Shown piece by piece: positions 8,129 through 16,887 of a stretch of 27,078 bases of DNA. The DNA is from a virus. Lineage: Duplodnaviria; Caudoviricetes. The position numbers were made by a program, and so were the translations under genes. Below the pieces are notes generated by a model. That model was given only the letters and a program-made list of their open reading frames with translations, did not search any database and had not been told where the DNA came from. How positions within the stretch are numbered: the stretch's first letter is position 1; each line of letters opens with the position of its first letter. The stretch covers positions 1 through 27,078 of the IMG/VR virus record IMGVR_UViG_3300020045_018139; one strand, 5' to 3'.

Positions 8129-8887
8129 ATGGAAGAGTTAGTTGTTAATCCTGGATCCACTATAGTTGTTTGGTTTTCATGTGGGGCTGCTTCAGCGGTA
8201 GCAGCCAAAAAGACTATCGAATTATACGGGGATACCTGTACTATCATAGTGGTAAACAACCCAGTAATCGAAGAGGACCAAGATAACAGGCGATTCTTGC
8301 TAGATGTCGAAAAATGGATAGGGCAGCCCATACTGGTATGTGGGAACAAAAACTTCCCGAACAATTCTGCTGTAGAGATCTGGAACAAGAGAAAATATAT
8401 GTCTGGCGTTAATGGAGCTCCATGCACTTCTGAGCTTAAAAAAGAGGCCAGATACCAATTTGAGCTTACGCATAAAATAGATTATCATGTTTTGGGGTTC
8501 ACCGCCGAGGAGCTCGGCAGGCACGATAACTTCGTCTTTGGAGAAAGGGAGAATTTACTCCCCGTGCTAATAACTCTCGGCATACATAAAAACGATTGTT
8601 ACAGCATAGTTGAACAGGCCGATATTCGCTTACCTATATCATACATACAGGGATACCCAAATGCTAATTGTAAGGGATGCGTAAAAGCTACATCTCCTAC
8701 ATATTGGAACCATGTAAGGAAAGTTGACCCTGAAGTTTTTATGGCCAGGGCTCTGCAAAGTAGAGAGATTGGGTGTAAGCTAACAAGATATAAGGGCAAG
8801 AGGTTATTCCTTGACGAACTGCCGCCTGATGCTAAGGGTCATAAAATGAAATCATATGAGTGCGGGATATTCTGTAATACAAAATAA
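8129..8887 (+). CDS. PP-loop / PAPS-reductase-like (adenine nucleotide alpha-hydrolase) protein, probable Fe-S
   Basis: VWFSCGAASA PP-loop variant; APCT.ELK; GY.NANCKGCVK; C-terminal ECGIFC. Confidence 0.75.
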   Translation: MEELVVNPGSTIVVWFSCGAASAVAAKKTIELYGDTCTIIVVNNPVIEEDQDNRRFLLDVEKWIGQPILVCGNKNFPNNSAVEIWNKRKYMSGVNGAPCTSELKKEARYQFELTHKIDYHVLGFTAEELGRHDNFVFGERENLLPVLITLGIHKNDCYSIVEQADIRLPISYIQGYPNANCKGCVKATSPTYWNHVRKVDPEVFMARALQSREIGCKLTRYKGKRLFLDELPPDAKGHKMKSYECGIFCNTK

Positions 8888-8890
8888 AAC

Positions 8891-8989
8891 ATGTCCACAT
8901 ACCCACTTAACAATAACGACGGCCTAAAGCTGATCATCCTACTATTGCTGATGTTTGTACTCATGGTACTGTTCAAACTTTCCCCGTAA
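8891..8989 (+). CDS. Small membrane peptide (32 aa, not in ORF track)
   Basis: MSTYPLNNNDGLKLIILLLLMFVLMVLFKLSP*; fills the intergenic gap. Confidence 0.5.
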   Translation: MSTYPLNNNDGLKLIILLLLMFVLMVLFKLSP

Positions 8990-9027
8990 GCCATCATGTT
9001 TATTTTGTACTTTTACAAAAAAAAGAC

Positions 9028-10053
9028 ATGTACAAAAAACTGAATTGGCTTAAGGTATTCAAATCCGATGTCGAAGGCGAAATGCCGAGCGAAGATATGT
9101 ATGAGCTTTCATATCTGTTTATTAATACCGCTGACAAAAAGATGTACAGCGTGTTTTTCGACGTTGACCTTCGGCAACTACAACTCTCAGCTGTGAGCAG
9201 CTCGCAATCCGGCCCTCAGGGCGTGGAGGGTCCACAAGGCGCAGAAGGGCCAGCAGGCGTGGCCGGAATAGACTACCTGGGTGACTGGGCTGTTGGCACT
9301 ACATATGAATTAAGGGATTGCGTTCGGTCTACCGAAGATGGCAATGCTTATTACTGCAAAGTGGCTTCGTCCATTGCTGAAGAGCCAAGTGCTTCGCCAA
9401 CCAAATGGTCATTGTTCGTAATGAAGGGGGCTCCTGGTATACAAGGAATTCAGGGCGTGCAGGGAATACCTGGGCAAAGCGCTTTGAGCGTGCCTAAAAC
9501 ATTCGGTGGAGTTACGGCAGGAATGAGTGTATCGCCCGTGTTGCTGCCATACGATTTTAACGATGTCAATTATTTGTACTACCAGTCGCACGACTATAAC
9601 TCTATCGTCCTTCCTACTGTCACTTCTGATAATTACGGCAAAGAAATCGTGGTTCGAATATCGAACCTACCATCAGGTAATTATATGTTGGTCACGTCTA
9701 TGAATGGGGGTATAAACTATGGTCCATCTAACTCTTCTGGATCTCCGTACTTTATATACCAAAACTGCACCGTCAGGTTTACGTACATGTCGGTAAACAA
9801 ATGGGTAGCAGAAGTCATAGACGGAGCAAAACTATCCATTAACGGGTTCCGTGATCCATTTATAGGTAACTCGTTTACGCTCGATGTGGTCAACAACACA
9901 TTGGTAGATCTGTCAGAATCTGATCTTAACACAGCTTACTCCAACACGTATACCCCAGTAGGATGCAACGTAATATGCCCAAGCATATACCGTATGTACA
10001 AAAAGACCGGTGCTGCCACATGGGTCACGATAGCACTTGTAGAACCGGTGTAG
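9028..10053 (+). CDS. Collagen-repeat-containing fibre/decoration protein
   Basis: Two Gly-X-Y runs flanking a YLGDW..GTTY...D.V..Y module; Mtd_N-like N-terminus (LFINTADKKMY). Confidence 0.75.
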   Translation: MYKKLNWLKVFKSDVEGEMPSEDMYELSYLFINTADKKMYSVFFDVDLRQLQLSAVSSSQSGPQGVEGPQGAEGPAGVAGIDYLGDWAVGTTYELRDCVRSTEDGNAYYCKVASSIAEEPSASPTKWSLFVMKGAPGIQGIQGVQGIPGQSALSVPKTFGGVTAGMSVSPVLLPYDFNDVNYLYYQSHDYNSIVLPTVTSDNYGKEIVVRISNLPSGNYMLVTSMNGGINYGPSNSSGSPYFIYQNCTVRFTYMSVNKWVAEVIDGAKLSINGFRDPFIGNSFTLDVVNNTLVDLSESDLNTAYSNTYTPVGCNVICPSIYRMYKKTGAATWVTIALVEPV

Positions 10054-10068
10054 AAAATCTGTTAATCT

Positions 10069-10094
10069 AAAAGCCCTCTATATGGGGGCTTTTT
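10069..10094 (+). terminator. Rho-independent terminator
   Basis: AAAAGCCCTC-tatat-GGGGGCTTTT(T). Confidence 0.75.
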
Positions 10095-10143
10095 GCTTTT
10101 AATTCCATAGCTATAAATTTCGTATTTTTACAAACAAAAAGAT

Positions 10144-10743
10144 ATGTCGTTCAAGAAGTCGAAACAACTAAGGGTTTATACCTCTACCGTCGCCGGAGAT
10201 AAACCGATATCTGCCACACTGGAGTACGATTGGCTGTATATTAACATCCCAGATAAACTCATGTGGGCTACCCAGCTTGATGAATCTACCGGGCTAATGG
10301 AGCCTATTCTTATCTCCTCTGGCGAAAACTTATTGGACGCTTCGCAGTACGCCGCTATAGATGGGGCTAATGCTCCTTCGGATACTAACGTGTTCGCTAC
10401 TATTGCCGATGCGTACGTTGCTCCATTCAAGTCCTACACGGCGTTTATCACGCAGGTAACTACCGGAGCTCCATCTGCCGCAGTAGTCGTGGACGAACTG
10501 GGATCGCCTGTATGGGCACGGACTGCGGTTGGAACATATACGTTGACCAAGGCGGGAGCTTTTACTAGCGGGAAGACTATTCCTGTTGATGACAATTATA
10601 CCGACCAGGATGGGAACTTGTACAAAATAAACCGCACCAGCGCTGATGTTATGACACTGCTTACCTATGCTGCTGCTAATACATCTGTATTAGCTGATTC
10701 TGTTTTGGCCGGCAGGTTATTGATGATCGAAGTTTACAATTAA
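10144..10743 (+). CDS. Putative structural (fibre/decoration) protein
   Basis: N-terminus paralogous to the 9028 protein; Thr/Ala-rich beta C-terminus ending IEVYN. Confidence 0.7.
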   Translation: MSFKKSKQLRVYTSTVAGDKPISATLEYDWLYINIPDKLMWATQLDESTGLMEPILISSGENLLDASQYAAIDGANAPSDTNVFATIADAYVAPFKSYTAFITQVTTGAPSAAVVVDELGSPVWARTAVGTYTLTKAGAFTSGKTIPVDDNYTDQDGNLYKINRTSADVMTLLTYAAANTSVLADSVLAGRLLMIEVYN

Positions 10744-10756
10744 CTAAGCTAAAGAG

Positions 10757-11044
10757 ATGAATGCACTAAATAATATTGCCAACATATTCGGAGGAATGCC
10801 TCTGGTGGCATCGACTACCGACAAGACTTTCGAGAAGCCAATTTACGGTGTAGAGATATGGGCGGCCACCACGTTCACTAAATTCTTCAATGAAAAAGGC
10901 GAAGAAATTATCACCGGATGGGAGGGCGTAGCTGTCACTGTCGATACCGGCATTAAATTAATTCTGTTTACCAGGCCTGTTTCCCGTATCACGTTCTCGG
11001 TATGTGGCGGAGGGCAATACCTATTAGCTAAGCCTGCGCAGTAA
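10757..11044 (+). CDS. Hypothetical (probably structural) protein
   Basis: 95 aa; TAATG coupling. Confidence 0.65.
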   Translation: MNALNNIANIFGGMPLVASTTDKTFEKPIYGVEIWAATTFTKFFNEKGEEIITGWEGVAVTVDTGIKLILFTRPVSRITFSVCGGGQYLLAKPAQ

Positions 11045-11364
11045 TGTACCCGGTTGCAACGAATTTCAAGGTAAGGATATCAGTTAAGGCCGGGGAGATA
11101 CCGGCCTTAACCGATTTACATTGGGATGAATTTGGGTACAACAAAACGGACGGAAAATTATACGCTAAAATAAACATAGATGGCCATGACCAGATAGTAG
11201 AAATCGGATCAACCGCAATCAGCGAAGCGCATGAGCGGGTACATGAGTTAGCGTCCTTGTTAGATCACGCCGCTGTCCCCATCGTTCATTGGGGAAAGTT
11301 GCTGACTATCGACGAAACCGGAGCCGTTAATTTCACGAACACCTTAGACGGAGGGGAGATATAA
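11044..11364 (+). CDS. Small fibre-associated protein with Mtd_N-like N-terminus
   Basis: AGEIP...L.WDEFGYNKTDGKLY; C-terminal LDGG. Confidence 0.7.
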   Translation: MYPVATNFKVRISVKAGEIPALTDLHWDEFGYNKTDGKLYAKINIDGHDQIVEIGSTAISEAHERVHELASLLDHAAVPIVHWGKLLTIDETGAVNFTNTLDGGEI

Positions 11365-13475
11365 TGAAAGAGTTTCAATTCAAACGTGCCAACGCCGACC
11401 GCTGGGCCTCACAGAATCCGATCCTTAAAAGGGGGGAACCTGGATTGGAAATGGAGAATGACGACTCCGGCGGTTCTGTTCCGGTTTTATCCGTCAAATA
11501 CGGTGCATTGTACAATTGGTATGCGGCAACAGATGAGATGGGGATAAGTTCAGGTGGTGGATGGGAAGTGCCTGAATGGACCGATTTTACTGAATTAAGA
11601 AATTATATTGACCCAACAGGAACTAACAATTCTAATATAGTTGGGTTAAAATTAAAAGATACTGATAATGTTTTTTGGGATGTTGTAACTGGCTCCCCCG
11701 TTAACGCATATTTATTTAATGCAAGAGGATGTGGAAACAGAGATAGTGCAGGTACTTTTTCAGGCATAAAGGAGATATATTTTTTATGGACAATTACGCC
11801 GTTGTTTCAGTATGAGTTCGATTCGAGGGTAACACATATGACATCATACTCGGATATTTTTAATGTAGGCACTGAATTGGGTTCATCTTCGCATATTTTA
11901 GCAACAGGAGATTCAATTCGCCTTTTTCGCCCTGCAACATTAACTGAACTATCACAAGACGACGGCACTCCCTGCGCTAACTACACAGGCAATGATGGTA
12001 AGATATACCGAACCGTCAAAATAGGCACTCAGGTTTGGCTTGCTGATAACCTATGCGAAACAAAGTACGCTGACGGCTCAACCATCCCGAACGTAACCGA
12101 CAACACAGCATGGGCCGCATTAACAACAGGTGGTATGTGTTATTACGATAACGACATCGCCAATGCCTATACTGACATTGCGCCGGTAGTGCCTCCACCC
12201 GTAAAAATGAAATACGGGGATGGTGTCCACACCTGGAACGAACTGCCGTATTTTGCAAACCAAACCGAGTTGATCCCGTCCGACAACATCCTTCATTGGG
12301 ACGGATCTGCGTACGCCGCTTACCTGGACAAAAAATCAGTGGATCCAGGATATGGATATTTTTATACCGAAGGGGACCCTCCTACGTTGTTTAATATTGT
12401 TTACTTCGATGGTTGGCTCAAACCATCGGCTGTACATGTTGTGGGAGGATACAACTCGGTTCACCTTACGGGTGTGGGGGATGTGTATCTGACTGGGATC
12501 AATGTTTCTTCCAGGATCCGTATCAACAATACTATGGATGGCCTACACCTGTTTGCCGCAATGCTGGCTGGCAACTATTCAGCTCCTGTCATAATAGGCA
12601 GCGAGTTCGACGTAGGAAATTACAACGGGGAGCATATAATCGTGGACGATTTCCTGCAGCTTCTAACTATCAACATGACCCATGTTATATGGCCTAAAAT
12701 AGAAACTAAAACTATCCCCGTAGATTTGGATTCGATATTGATTTTAGATTCTAACGATTCTGATTCGACAAAAAAATTACCATTCTCAAACTTTAAAGTT
12801 TGGTTGCAGAATTATGCCGACTCTATTTATGGGTTCTTCCAACGTGTCGGGACTACGATTAAAGCCTCAAGGTTATCTGACGACTTCCAGTTTGGGGACG
12901 ATACGAACAACGTAAAGATATCCAATTCAGGCGAAATAACCCTAAACGGGACCGCTACTGTTTTCGACGACCTTCAGATACCTGGGTTCTTAGCTTCCAG
13001 AATAGGCGCCAACCAGCCTAGCTCAAGCACGCTTGTCGGAGGATTGGTTATAACCACGTTTTCCCCTACGGTAATGAACGAAGTGTTCTTTACTGCCCAG
13101 TTACCACACTCGTACAAGGAGGGGTCTGACGTGTCGTTCCACATCCACTGGGAGCCCATGACTTCGCCGGCCACTACCAAGAGCATATACCTGGGGTTCG
13201 AGTACACGTGGGTAAATATAAACGGAGTTGACCCGGTATCCACTACGACGCTAAACTGGACCGACGACACGGGCACGGTTGGGTTTACGAACAAAATATC
13301 TGGTCCTGCCGCCATATCGGGCACTGGCAAAACTATAAGTTCCATATTTGTGTGCCGGTTTTACCGCGATCCAACGAATGCCGCCGACGATTACACCGGC
13401 GCTATGGGGCTTAAATCATTAGACTTCCACTTCGAAAAAGACACCATGGGCAGCAAGACTGCTACGGCAAAATAA
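11364..13475 (+). CDS. Tail fibre / receptor-binding-like protein: split Mtd_N-like domain with inserted Fib_succ_major domain
   Basis: FQFKR...W...NPILKRGEPGLE and KMKYGDGVHTWNELPY halves; YGALYNWYA and YRTVKIGTQVWLADNL motifs; C-terminal QLPHSYKEGS..HIHW domain. Confidence 0.8.
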   Translation: MKEFQFKRANADRWASQNPILKRGEPGLEMENDDSGGSVPVLSVKYGALYNWYAATDEMGISSGGGWEVPEWTDFTELRNYIDPTGTNNSNIVGLKLKDTDNVFWDVVTGSPVNAYLFNARGCGNRDSAGTFSGIKEIYFLWTITPLFQYEFDSRVTHMTSYSDIFNVGTELGSSSHILATGDSIRLFRPATLTELSQDDGTPCANYTGNDGKIYRTVKIGTQVWLADNLCETKYADGSTIPNVTDNTAWAALTTGGMCYYDNDIANAYTDIAPVVPPPVKMKYGDGVHTWNELPYFANQTELIPSDNILHWDGSAYAAYLDKKSVDPGYGYFYTEGDPPTLFNIVYFDGWLKPSAVHVVGGYNSVHLTGVGDVYLTGINVSSRIRINNTMDGLHLFAAMLAGNYSAPVIIGSEFDVGNYNGEHIIVDDFLQLLTINMTHVIWPKIETKTIPVDLDSILILDSNDSDSTKKLPFSNFKVWLQNYADSIYGFFQRVGTTIKASRLSDDFQFGDDTNNVKISNSGEITLNGTATVFDDLQIPGFLASRIGANQPSSSTLVGGLVITTFSPTVMNEVFFTAQLPHSYKEGSDVSFHIHWEPMTSPATTKSIYLGFEYTWVNINGVDPVSTTTLNWTDDTGTVGFTNKISGPAAISGTGKTISSIFVCRFYRDPTNAADDYTGAMGLKSLDFHFEKDTMGSKTATAK

Positions 13476-13520
13476 ACGTTATTTTCAACTTATTGATATA
13501 TAAATACTTACTATAAATTA

Positions 13521-13583
13521 GTTAAATAAACGGCACTTTTTTTAACAAATAGTTCCATATTGTCAGCTAATAGCTTATCTTTG
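13521..13583 (+). promoter_or_regulatory. Operator-like IR plus -7 promoter (copy 3)
   Basis: GTTAAATAAA-N6-TTTTTTTAAC (one mismatch); TATCTTTG at 13576-13583. Confidence 0.7.
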
Positions 13584-13616
13584 CAATCTTGTTTAGCGAA
13601 TAACAATATAAACTTT

Positions 13617-13880
13617 ATGGAGCGAACGATAAAAGAGGACATAGGTGAGGCTTATGTAAACCCCCGTCTTATCAAGCATGACCCGCTGATAATGCACAAG
13701 GTCAAGGAGGAAAACTACCAGTTCGGCGACGTTTCTAATAAGATCGAGGTAAAAATACCCGTTCTTCAAATGTCGTTTTTTGTGCCGATGGGGACCAGCG
13801 AGGACGAGATCAAGCGAAAGAAAAGAGCCTACATCAAATCGAGTGGAATTTATTACGAATTCAAGGAGGACGAGTTATGA
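13617..13880 (+). CDS. Hypothetical protein
   Basis: Start reassigned to ATG 13617, downstream of the promoter. Confidence 0.7.
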   Translation: MERTIKEDIGEAYVNPRLIKHDPLIMHKVKEENYQFGDVSNKIEVKIPVLQMSFFVPMGTSEDEIKRKKRAYIKSSGIYYEFKEDEL

Positions 13881-14332
13881 AAAACAAATTCATGCGGGTA
13901 TCCGAGTCAAAATACCGAAGATTAATAGACGCCCTAAAGAAGGTTTCTGCCCTACGGGATAAGCCTTCGTTAAAGCAGGTATTCCTGGCGGCCAACACGG
14001 CAGACAAGCTGCTGATGGCCATAAAAGAAGGGACCATTACCGAAGAGCCCACCGAAAGGTTGCTACCGACACACGGGTTGTACTTCATCATAATGAAGGA
14101 CCGCATAACCCATAGCGAGATCGCCGACGACAGGGCTCGCTTACCAATATTCAGGACGCTGCGCGAAGCCGCTGTATCCATGGAGCGCAACGGGTGGACG
14201 GAGGAGAACCGTTTTTACATTGAGCGTATCGACCTTGTTAAAATACTCAACAAGTTCTACGCGAAAAGTTTGATTCAAAAATTTAAAGATACGGCTGATG
14301 GGCTCGAAGCGGATTTATCTGGTGACTACTAA
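13877..14332 (+). CDS. Hypothetical protein
   Basis: 151 aa; ATGA overlap. Confidence 0.7.
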   Translation: MKNKFMRVSESKYRRLIDALKKVSALRDKPSLKQVFLAANTADKLLMAIKEGTITEEPTERLLPTHGLYFIIMKDRITHSEIADDRARLPIFRTLREAAVSMERNGWTEENRFYIERIDLVKILNKFYAKSLIQKFKDTADGLEADLSGDY

Positions 14333-14498
14333 TGGGGTGGAGGGAGTTAGTACTCCATACAAGAACATAAAGAGTATTTACAACGACCTTATTGAAGGCC
14401 GGCATGTGTACTCTTATTTTGCCATGGCCGCTATTTTGAGGCGTACTGGAAAATTTAACCGGTTTGGTATAACGATTGAAAAATCCGAGATAAAATGA
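14298..14498 (+). CDS. Small basic hypothetical protein
   Basis: 66 aa; ATGA coupling to the recombinase. Confidence 0.6.
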   Translation: MGSKRIYLVTTNGVEGVSTPYKNIKSIYNDLIEGRHVYSYFAMAAILRRTGKFNRFGITIEKSEIK

Positions 14499-15280
14499 AA
14501 TACGTTTCGTACCTAAGAGTATCCACCAAAAAACAGGGCGGAGACGGTCTTGGCATTAGCGCACAGCGAAGCATTGTGGAAAAACAGGCCGAGCACCATG
14601 AGATCATAATGGAGTTCATAGAGGTGGAAAGCGGTACCAAAGGAGATAGACCCGTGCTGGCCGAAGCTCTGTTATTGTGCAGGACTACCGGGGCTACTTT
14701 GCTGGTGGCCAAAATAGACCGGCTTTACCGTAATGTTTATTTTACGGCCAAGCTCATGGAATCGAACGTGAACTTCGTTTGTTGTGATATGCCGTTCGCG
14801 GACAAGATGACCATACAAATATTTGCCGTTCTGGCAGAATGGGAAGCTAAACGAATTTCCGAGCGTACCAAAGCCGCCCTGGCAGAAGTAAAGATCCACG
14901 GATCTAAATCAGGGTTGCCGGTAGGGACTACATATGGGTCGCGTAAATTCTCCCAGGTAGGCGTTGGGGCCAAGTATGCCAAAGCCAAAAGAAACCCTGT
15001 GAACCGTATGGCGTTCGCTTTCATAAAAGAACTGAAGGCCGGAAAAATGAGCTCTGAAAAGATCGCTCGCAAACTAAACGACGCCGGGTATCTTACCGAT
15101 CGGGAAAAACCGTTTACGGCGGTGATAGTAAACTACGTGTACCGGTTATTCGAGTCGGAAGTGATCGAGCGGAAGATAAACGATGGTATACGGTTGAAGC
15201 CTGTAATGATAGAAGAAATGTCTTCTCATGCAGCGTATAACAAAAGAGTGGAAGCGTATCAAAAAACTTTAGCGGATTAA
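14495..15280 (+). CDS. Serine recombinase (resolvase family)
   Basis: YLRVST..Q catalytic motif, ESG, KIDRLYR, E..RISERTK; C-terminal IARKLN..G helix-turn-helix-like region. Confidence 0.93.
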   Translation: MKYVSYLRVSTKKQGGDGLGISAQRSIVEKQAEHHEIIMEFIEVESGTKGDRPVLAEALLLCRTTGATLLVAKIDRLYRNVYFTAKLMESNVNFVCCDMPFADKMTIQIFAVLAEWEAKRISERTKAALAEVKIHGSKSGLPVGTTYGSRKFSQVGVGAKYAKAKRNPVNRMAFAFIKELKAGKMSSEKIARKLNDAGYLTDREKPFTAVIVNYVYRLFESEVIERKINDGIRLKPVMIEEMSSHAAYNKRVEAYQKTLAD

Positions 15281-15283
15281 GTT

Positions 15284-15877
15284 ATGATAGAACAGGAAAG
15301 AAGCGCCTATATCGAGCTTGATAAGCTTATGGCATCAAAAACAGTATTGTACTACGGGGCTATGAAAGTCCGCATCACGGGGCTGGATATTCGCGGTGGG
15401 CGCATGTTCATAAGCATGGAGGAACCTAATGGGCACCCGCACGACTTCGACAAGAAGATATCCGACGTCCCTTCGTTCCTTAGCCGGATCCGTTTGACTC
15501 CTTCTATAGAAGACCCCGAAAAGGTAGTTTTCTTCAACAACCAGAAAAAGGTTTGCAAGAAAGTCCTGGACTACGACATTGTTTCGGTATGGCGCGACAA
15601 GGGGACTTCCAAAGCATTGGTATTCTCTGTATCGTTTTCGGAATCGGACTTCCTTAAAAAGAACCAAAAAATGTCGTTTGCCAAACAGGAGGGCGGCAAT
15701 AAGGCCATCTACCTGTATCCGGACACTACTAACGGATTCGCTGTAAGCTCAAGGGCTAAGGGTAGGGTTGGGATATACCTGGGCACGTTCAACCCGTACG
15801 TTACGGCCAAGTCGTACACCATGGAGATGGTCATACTTAACGGGAAAGAAGCATTGAAACTTCTACCTAAAATCTGA
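15284..15877 (+). CDS. Hypothetical protein
   Basis: 197-aa co-oriented ORF. Confidence 0.7.
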   Translation: MIEQERSAYIELDKLMASKTVLYYGAMKVRITGLDIRGGRMFISMEEPNGHPHDFDKKISDVPSFLSRIRLTPSIEDPEKVVFFNNQKKVCKKVLDYDIVSVWRDKGTSKALVFSVSFSESDFLKKNQKMSFAKQEGGNKAIYLYPDTTNGFAVSSRAKGRVGIYLGTFNPYVTAKSYTMEMVILNGKEALKLLPKI

Positions 15878-15932
15878 TAGTACTTTAATATAGTTCTTTT
15901 ATTTGTCAAAAGCAAGTGTTTTAAAAAATAAT

Positions 15933-16655
15933 ATGAAAATATCTTCACTGAACAACTTTAAGCCACTTCCAAACCTGGTACTGGTAAAGATCGACAGCAA
16001 GTTCACCGACAGCATAAAGCTGACCGACGAGTTCGAACTTAAAATAGACACCAGCTTTGAGCCGGAAAAACACGCTACCACTTTCGGCACCGTATGCTCT
16101 TTTCCAGACCGATTGACGTATGGCCCAGAACAGCGCCACATGCCCTGGGAGACATCCATGGAGATCATGCATGGCGATGTTGTGTATTTTACCTGGGACG
16201 CCGTGGTGGTCGCGTTTGGTACGGCTAAACCTTCTGTGGTGCAGGTGGACGGCGACAATTCTATCTACATCATCATGAAGTACCAGCAGCTCACATTGGC
16301 GGTAAGGGGTGAGTCGATCATAATGCTGAACGGGTATACGTTGATTGAGGAGTTGAAAATTGTTGACCTGCCCGATGATCTTAAATCGAGCGATATGGTT
16401 AGCCGGCTGTTGATGCCAAACACCGTGTCAAAGAAGGTGTCTGCCAGGTATGGGCGTGTAGTGTCGGTTGGGTCGTGTAATACGGCCTACGATGGCGACA
16501 AGCACTACGACGACCCTTTAGTAAAAGTGGGAGACCTGGTAGCGTTCGAATCGTTTGCCAACATACCTATTCAGTACAATATGCATGCAAACCTTATCGG
16601 AGATAAAATACTGTACAAAATTCAGCGTAGACACTTAATAGCCGTTATATCATGA
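15933..16655 (+). CDS. Tandem GroES/Cpn10-like co-chaperonin
   Basis: Two repeats: FKPLPNLVLVK..GTV..GDVVYF and YTLIE..GRVVSVG..VKVGDLVAF; start reassigned to ATG 15933. Confidence 0.75.
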   Translation: MKISSLNNFKPLPNLVLVKIDSKFTDSIKLTDEFELKIDTSFEPEKHATTFGTVCSFPDRLTYGPEQRHMPWETSMEIMHGDVVYFTWDAVVVAFGTAKPSVVQVDGDNSIYIIMKYQQLTLAVRGESIIMLNGYTLIEELKIVDLPDDLKSSDMVSRLLMPNTVSKKVSARYGRVVSVGSCNTAYDGDKHYDDPLVKVGDLVAFESFANIPIQYNMHANLIGDKILYKIQRRHLIAVIS

Positions 16656-16882
16656 AAGAAATGAACGTTATTGAATTCTTAGAATTCGTAGGAAGCAGGC
16701 CATTTGACCAAGTGATTGAAGATGCAGATAAAGAAGAGCTTAAGCATCTTCTAAAAATATATGCACTTGAACAAGATTGTGAGTTTATGGACTTCAAACA
16801 AAGATTGTGGTACTATATAAAATATCATTTAGGCCTAATGAAACGACCTAATCCGATAGACTACAAGGACCATATGGAATAA
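16652..16882 (+). CDS. Hypothetical protein
   Basis: 76 aa; ATGA overlap. Confidence 0.65.
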   Translation: MKEMNVIEFLEFVGSRPFDQVIEDADKEELKHLLKIYALEQDCEFMDFKQRLWYYIKYHLGLMKRPNPIDYKDHME

Positions 16883-16887
16883 AAAAG

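Noticed and set aside
8028-8141. Small ORF starting at ATG 8028 (MANQYQC...)
   Set aside because: Runs through a strong terminator; the overlapping tag frame ending AA-stop explains the region better
11496-11930. Diversity-generating retroelement targeting the Fib_succ_major domain
   Set aside because: No reverse transcriptase and no template-repeat copy with adenine-specific mismatches seen in this window; it could lie elsewhere in the genome
14495-15280. Tail-fibre-switching invertase system
   Set aside because: No inverted repeats bracketing a fibre segment and no reverse-oriented alternative fibre ends found
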